Shown here in pieces: positions 39,088 through 43,981 of a stretch of 43,981 nucleotides of DNA. The position numbers were made by a program, and so were the translations under genes. Where the stretch lies: positions 1 through 43,981 of the forward strand of contig CANRDL010000005.1 of the NCBI GenBank assembly GCA_947629405.1, written 5' to 3'. The stretch is from an uncultured Bacilli bacterium (lineage in GTDB: Bacteria > Bacillota_I > Bacilli_A > RF39 > UBA660). Below the pieces are notes generated by a model. That model worked only from the letters and a program-made list of their open reading frames with translations. It was not told the origin of the DNA and made no database searches. Position 1 is the stretch's first letter. Every line of letters starts with the position of its first letter.

Positions 39088-39738
39088 TTAATCATCTCTT
39101 TTTCCAAATAATTGAAGTAATCTAATAAATAAGTTAATAAAATCTAAATATAATTGAAAAGCACCAAATATAGCTGTTTTTTCCGATCCTAAAGTTGGTA
39201 AAATTCGTTTTACATTATTAGTATCATAAGCAATATATAAAACAAATATTAATACTCCTATTCCACATAAAGCTAATTCAGTAGTAGGACTTTTAAATAT
39301 TAAGAAATTTAATAATTCTCCGATAATTAAACCTATCAATGCAATAAATATAATTGTACCTATCTTTGTTAAATCTTTTTTTGTCACAAAACCATAAAAT
39401 GCTAACAAACCAAATATAATTGCCGTTATTGCGAATACAGAAATAATTGATGACATTTTAAATGATACAAATATTGAAGAAAAAGTTATTCCTGTTGTTA
39501 CACAAAATATTAAATAACAAACTTTGGCCGTTATGGGATTCATTTTTTGAATTCTAAATCCCATTAAAATTGATATTACTAATTCGATTATAATTATTGG
39601 TAATATTCCAACAGATAATACTTGCATCATTAAAGGTTCATTAATTGATAAATAATAGCCTACTCCAAAAGTTATTAAAAGTCCAATTCCTAACCATAAA
39701 AATATTTTGGAAAATGTATTGCTTAATTCTTCAGTCAT
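39088..39738 (-). CDS. Bax inhibitor-1/YccA family membrane protein
   Basis: Seven TM helices; YGFVTKKDL, YIAYDT, LYLDFINLF. Confidence 0.93.
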   Translation of the reverse strand: MTEELSNTFSKIFLWLGIGLLITFGVGYYLSINEPLMMQVLSVGILPIIIIELVISILMGFRIQKMNPITAKVCYLIFCVTTGITFSSIFVSFKMSSIISVFAITAIIFGLLAFYGFVTKKDLTKIGTIIFIALIGLIIGELLNFLIFKSPTTELALCGIGVLIFVLYIAYDTNNVKRILPTLGSEKTAIFGAFQLYLDFINLFIRLLQLFGKRDD

Positions 39739-39840
39739 TTTACACCTCTTTCTAATATATAGTTTAACATTTTATAATAATATTAATCAATAAAATATAT
39801 TCATATTACATTTAATTTAACATACTAATTTTTATTTAAA

Positions 39841-40419
39841 TTATTGTATTTGTACTTCTATTCCAGCATAATCAAGCCAATTATCACCATTTATAGTTAA
39901 TGTATATTTTAAATCAGTATTTGCTATGTCATAAGCAATATATCCAGACTCAGTAGCATTAGGATTAATATTTTCAAAATTAAACATATCCATATTATCT
40001 ACTGAAACTAATATACTTGATCTATATCTTGCATTATTCTCATCTTTTAATACAAAATCAGAAGAATCAATATTTATTGCTTCTTTACTATTGTTAGTTA
40101 CAGTAACTTTTATTAATAAGTAATTCCCATCTGCTGTATATTTTAAGTAGCCATTACCAGATGAAATTTCTTTTTGTATTTGTTTTTCATCTACAGTATA
40201 ATCAACATCATTAATCGTTACTTTTTCACCTATATTAACTTTTTTAGTTTCTTTTTTACTACTTGATGATGCACCTTGTGCAATCGCAGCAATTAAACCT
40301 ATTAATAAAATTATAACTATTATTAATACTACTTTATTTACTCCTTGCTTTTTTTGACAATTTGGGCAAATTTTAGCCTTTTTATCAATTTCTGACTTAC
40401 AATATTTACATTTTTTCAT
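39841..40419 (-). CDS. Zinc-ribbon + TM + DUF4352 domain protein
   Basis: CKYC...AKICPNC; TM; VTVTNNSKEAINIDSSDFVLKD...INPNATESGYIAYDI. Confidence 0.8.
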   Translation of the reverse strand: MKKCKYCKSEIDKKAKICPNCQKKQGVNKVVLIIVIILLIGLIAAIAQGASSSSKKETKKVNIGEKVTINDVDYTVDEKQIQKEISSGNGYLKYTADGNYLLIKVTVTNNSKEAINIDSSDFVLKDENNARYRSSILVSVDNMDMFNFENINPNATESGYIAYDIANTDLKYTLTINGDNWLDYAGIEVQIQ

Positions 40420-40466
40420 AAATAGCCTCCATTTTTTTATTACAATTAAATTATACCATATTCTTT

Positions 40467-41243
40467 TTATTTTTTAATCAAACTTTTTTGCAATTGATAT
40501 TGTTCATATAAATCATCGGGAATAACTTCTTTGGGAATTATAATAGTTTTAATTTTTTGTAGCATATCTTGCATATCTATAAGGCCAATTTTTGATTGGG
40601 CATCCTGCATTAAAGACGGACTTAAATCATAATTTAAAAATAATCGTTCATATAATAATTGATCTGAAGTTTGAAATCCTAATTGTGAAGTAGCATTTAT
40701 AAAATTAATAACAAAATAAGTCCAAGCATTATCTATTTGAATTTTATATTCCATAACCGGTGATAAATTTAATGTCTTTTGATTTTGATAGTAAAAATCA
40801 ACAATTTGTTGAGGATTTTTAAATAAATCAATATCGTAAAATTTTAAATTATCATCTAATTTGTCTTCCCCAAAATTATTAATAAAAAATTCAGGATTAA
40901 ATTTTTCTTCAAAAATTTCAGACGTAACATTTTGCTTTTTCTCTAAATCAATAATAATATAATTAAGAGATAATAATTTTAAAATTAAATAATTATGTTG
41001 TTTATATTGAAATATCTTACATTTTTCTATATTGCTAAATGAATCAAAAAATTCCACATTATTTTCACAAATGGTATGTAATTTATTCCAAGTTTTGGGA
41101 ACAAATGAAAGTGTACTAACTAAATCACTTACTAGTATACCATCCTTATTTTCAAAATACTTGGAAAATAAAGAATTTCGTAAAGCTGTTTTATTCATAC
41201 TTTCCCCCATTTCTATATCTAAATTTTTCATATATTTTAACAA
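40467..41243 (-). CDS. Hypothetical protein (likely start ATG 41198)
   Basis: ORF with a GGGGGA RBS before MNKT; no recognisable domain. Confidence 0.6.
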   Translation of the reverse strand: MLKYMKNLDIEMGESMNKTALRNSLFSKYFENKDGILVSDLVSTLSFVPKTWNKLHTICENNVEFFDSFSNIEKCKIFQYKQHNYLILKLLSLNYIIIDLEKKQNVTSEIFEEKFNPEFFINNFGEDKLDDNLKFYDIDLFKNPQQIVDFYYQNQKTLNLSPVMEYKIQIDNAWTYFVINFINATSQLGFQTSDQLLYERLFLNYDLSPSLMQDAQSKIGLIDMQDMLQKIKTIIIPKEVIPDDLYEQYQLQKSLIKK

Positions 41244-41295
41244 ATTTCATTAAAAAAATAAAATATTTTTTTAAAAAATTTAAATAATCATAAAA

Positions 41296-41321
41296 TAAAA
41301 AAATTCCCATAATAAGGGAAT
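41296..41321 (-). terminator. Terminator after tRNA-Cys
   Basis: ATTCCC-TTATTAT-GGGAAT followed by a T-run on the - strand. Confidence 0.7.
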
Positions 41322-41332
41322 ATTAATCATAT

Positions 41333-41406
41333 TGGAGGGGCCTACCGGATTTGAACCGGTGATCAGGGTGTTGCAGACCCACGCCTTACCACTTGGCTAA
41401 AGCCCC
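41333..41406 (-). tRNA. tRNA-Cys (GCA)
   Basis: GGGGCTT TAGCCAAGTGGTAAGGC GTGGGT CTGCAAC ACCC TGATC ACCGGTTCAAATCCGGT AGGCCCC TCCA: cloverleaf, GCA anticodon, U73 discriminator and encoded CCA. Confidence 0.97.
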
Positions 41407-41471
41407 ATGTAGAAAGATTATATCAAATCTATATATTTTTTTCAACATAATCTTTATTTTAAATCAATAAC
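41380..41471. repeat. 92-bp direct repeat, copy 1 (tRNA-Cys nt 1-27 plus promoter)
   Basis: Identical to 43813..43904 by direct comparison. Confidence 0.95.
41417..41445 (-). promoter_or_regulatory. sigmaA promoter of tRNA-Cys
   Basis: TTGAAA, 17 bp with a TG extension, then TATAAT ending about 10 nt before the tRNA 5' end. Confidence 0.8.
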
Positions 41472-41674
41472 ATATTCATGATTTCTTATTTTTAATACTA
41501 ACTGGACATTTTCAAAATTACTAACTTCATTTGGACCTTCAAATACAAAATCATTATTTGGAGTTCGATTAATAACTTTGGCAGTAATAGTATTACCAGC
41601 ATAATTATATTTAACTTTTATAAAATTATGAAAAAATATTTATTATTTTTAATTGATTTTGTATAAGAAGAATT
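41454..41674 (-). pseudogene. 3' remnant of an unrelated gene (…HNFIKVKYNY…LKIRNHEYVIDLK*)
   Basis: Open frame 41639..41454 with no start codon. It joins the upstream NSSYTKSIKNNKYF segment if one T is added to a T6 run. Confidence 0.55.
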
Positions 41675-41953
41675 TTGAATCATATTATATACAGTTTTCG
41701 AATCTTTTTTAAATTTGTTTATTATTTCAATATATTTTCTAAAAAAATGAAGCCCTGCCATCATAGGTTCTCCACCATGCCAACTAACAATTAAATTATC
41801 AGTTAAATCAAAAGCTTCTTTTATTATTTTTTCTAAAGTACTTTCATTTAAAATATTAAATTGTTTACTTTTAAAAGGGGCAGCATAACAGTAACTACAA
41901 TTTAAATTGCAATGATTTCCAACAGGTTTAATTTGCAATGTTAATTCTTTCAT
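41618..41953 (-). pseudogene. Truncated radical SAM enzyme (anaerobic sulfatase-maturase/SPASM type)
   Basis: IKPVGNHCNLNCSYCY (CxxxCxxC) and WHGGEP; homology ends at IQ, where IQTNG is expected, after about 93 aa. Confidence 0.85.
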
Positions 41954-41964
41954 AACTCTAGCTT

Positions 41965-43599
41965 TTAATAATCTTTTTTTGTATTTATTTCATAATAATG
42001 TTCTACAGTTTTTCTATCATAGAATGATAATTGGCCACTAGGCAATATTAATGTTCTTTCAATTCCTAAATTGTCTACAAATTCAGGATTATGTGACACC
42101 ACTAACATTGTACCTTCAAATGTTTTAAATGTTTCTGCAATAATTTTTTGAGTTTCTGGATCTAAATGATTTGTTGGTTCATCTAAAATTAACATATTAG
42201 CACCTTTTAATGATAATTTTGCTAGAGCAACTCTACTTCTTTCTCCAGGTGATAAGACTGATACTTTTTTAAAGACATCATCTCCATAAAATAAGAATCT
42301 ACCTAAAACACTTCTCACTTGTCTTTGTGACATATAAACATCAGAAAAATTATCTAATATTGATTTGTCATTATCTAATAATTCATGTTCTTGAGCATAG
42401 TAACCTATGTCTGTTTTATTTCCTATTTGAATAGTTCCTTTATTAGGCATTAATTGTCCAACTATTAATTTCAATAAAGTTGATTTTCCAACACCATTTT
42501 CTCCGACAATCAAAAATTTTTCGCCTTTTTTTAACTCAAATGATAAATTATGAATTATATCTTGAGATGAATTTTCGTTATATTTAAATGATAAATCATT
42601 TACTTTTAAAGGTAAATAATTACTCTCTCTAAGCATTTCCATTTTTATTTGAGCTGTTTTCTGTTGAGGAGCAACTTCAATTTTATTAGCTTTCATTTTT
42701 TCTAATTTCTTTTCACGATCTTGAGCCATTCTTTTCCTTTTTCCTGATGCAGATTGATATTTAGCAACCACTGCTTGTAATCTATTTATTTCTTTCTCTT
42801 GTAGTTCTGCTTCTTTTAATAAATTTTTTTCACGTTCTTCATGTAGTTTTACAAATCTATCATAATTGCCATCATATAACTCCATTTTTTTAGTTCTCTT
42901 ATCTAAAAATAATATCTTTGTAGTTATTTCATTAAGAAAATCTACATCATGTGAAATAACATAGACACTACCTCTATAACTTTTTAAAAAATTTATAACA
43001 AACTGCTTAGTATCATTGTCTAGATGGTTAGTTGGTTCATCCAATAAAATAATTTCAGGCATTGAATATAATAATCTAGCAAAAGCAACCTTTGACTTTT
43101 GTCCTCCGGATAATTCATTTAATTTTTGATTAATCATTTCATTAGAAATAGCCATACCATTTATAATTTTTAAAAGTTCCGTATCTGCACTATAAAAATT
43201 CCAATATTCCAATTTATTTTGTAATTTTTCCACTTTATTAAATAGTTCTTTTTGTTTAGCATCTTTTGGTTCTATAGCAATTTGTTCATATACTTTTTGT
43301 AATTCTTCGTTTAATTCTTTAAGAGGTCTTCCGGATAAAAGAAAGTCAAAAACACTTATATCCATTGAGGGAACTTCTTCACTTATTACTTGAGGTAACC
43401 AACCTTTACGAGCATTATTTTTAAATTTTATAATACCTTCATCAGGAATGAGAGTTCCTAATATAACTTTAAAAAAAGTTGTTTTTCCTGCTCCATTAAC
43501 TCCAACTATACCAACTTTTTCATTTTCCTGTATATTTAAATTTATATCTTTAAATACATTTTGTGTCCCAAAAGATAAAGTTAAATTTTTTATTTCCAT
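41965..43599 (-). CDS. ABC-F family ribosome-associated ATPase
   Basis: Two ABC domains (GVNGAGKT/LSGGQ/LLDEPTNHLD and GENGVGKS/LSPGE/LDEPTNHLD), a YDGNY helical linker and no TM. Confidence 0.95.
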   Translation of the reverse strand: MEIKNLTLSFGTQNVFKDINLNIQENEKVGIVGVNGAGKTTFFKVILGTLIPDEGIIKFKNNARKGWLPQVISEEVPSMDISVFDFLLSGRPLKELNEELQKVYEQIAIEPKDAKQKELFNKVEKLQNKLEYWNFYSADTELLKIINGMAISNEMINQKLNELSGGQKSKVAFARLLYSMPEIILLDEPTNHLDNDTKQFVINFLKSYRGSVYVISHDVDFLNEITTKILFLDKRTKKMELYDGNYDRFVKLHEEREKNLLKEAELQEKEINRLQAVVAKYQSASGKRKRMAQDREKKLEKMKANKIEVAPQQKTAQIKMEMLRESNYLPLKVNDLSFKYNENSSQDIIHNLSFELKKGEKFLIVGENGVGKSTLLKLIVGQLMPNKGTIQIGNKTDIGYYAQEHELLDNDKSILDNFSDVYMSQRQVRSVLGRFLFYGDDVFKKVSVLSPGERSRVALAKLSLKGANMLILDEPTNHLDPETQKIIAETFKTFEGTMLVVSHNPEFVDNLGIERTLILPSGQLSFYDRKTVEHYYEINTKKDY

Positions 43600-43760
43600 A
43601 AACTCACCTCTTTTACAGATAAAGTAAGTTAAATATTTAAACTATAAGTATTATTATATTAATATACCATAAAGTCAATATTTTTTCAGCTTTTATTATC
43701 CACCTTTCTAATTTTTTGTATTAATATATACAAAAGATAAAAATATTATTATTTTTCCAT

Positions 43761-43786
43761 AAAAAAACTCTTAATATTAGAGTTTC
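43761..43786 (-). terminator. Terminator downstream of the tRNA fragment
   Basis: GAAACTCT-AATATTA-AGAGTTTT followed by T's. Confidence 0.65.
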
Positions 43787-43812
43787 TTGTTTATTATATT
43801 AACTTTAAGAAT

Positions 43813-43904
43813 CACGCCTTACCACTTGGCTAAAGCCCCATGTAGAAAGATTATATCAAATCTATATATTTTTTTCAACATAATCTTTATTTTAAATCAA
43901 TAAC
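43813..43904. repeat. 92-bp direct repeat, copy 2 (truncated tRNA-Cys 5' fragment plus intact promoter)
   Basis: Identical to 41380..41471; the tRNA sequence stops after nt 27. Confidence 0.95.
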
Positions 43905-43981
43905 TATTAATTTTCATTTGGAAGTCAGTTTTATAGTTTAAAAATGAAATAAGTGTGATTATAATATATCTTATGTTTCCT

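Noticed and set aside
3124-41253. Many + strand ORFs in the track (e.g. 10170..10610, 11107..11553, 17734..18102, 18781..19176, 38344..38676)
   Set aside because: They are antisense shadows of real - strand genes, with no RBS and F/L/V/S-rich composition. The duplicated ones simply mirror the DNA repeats.
43600-43760. Leader peptide for the ABC-F gene
   Set aside because: Only a 3-codon ATG ORF (MEK) without an RBS was found; no supported uORF.
43813-43839. Second tRNA-Cys gene
   Set aside because: Only nt 1-27 are present; no anticodon arm, T-arm or 3' acceptor strand.

Overview
Very AT-rich chromosomal window (roughly 22-25% GC by eye) using genetic code 11 (TGA is a stop). It comes from a low-GC Bacillota genome. 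The sporulation-type genes (YdcC/SsdC, DUF378), the long 16S V1 helix and the many Lys/Asn-rich orphans suggest an RF39-like uncultured Bacilli lineage; this is inference. Nearly all genes lie on the - strand, co-directional with an rRNA operon whose 16S 5' end and promoter sit at the left edge. Housekeeping genes: DUF402/YgaC, an S41 protease, trxB, lgt, uvrA, uvrB, an SDR, mscL, a YccA/BI-1 protein and tRNA-Cys. Accessory highlights: (1) an ~11 kb cluster of three large Ig/cadherin-like surface proteins, each ending in the same divergent dockerin, followed by two small envelope-anchored cohesin-like proteins, which is a candidate enzyme-free cohesin-dockerin surface system; (2) between uvrB and uvrA, an HD-pseudoSYNTH-TGS RSH with a leader peptide plus terminator, and a coupled pair encoding a large RelE/Gp49-domain protein and a 565-aa helical protein; (3) a 92-bp perfect direct repeat of the tRNA-Cys promoter and 5' arm that brackets an ABC-F gene and a broken radical-SAM gene; (4) a degenerate Panacea protein, a Fic protein with a probable ATA start coupled to a HEXXH protein, and a zinc-ribbon/metallopeptidase/pseudo-protease operon. 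Domain calls are by-eye motif recognition, not database searches.
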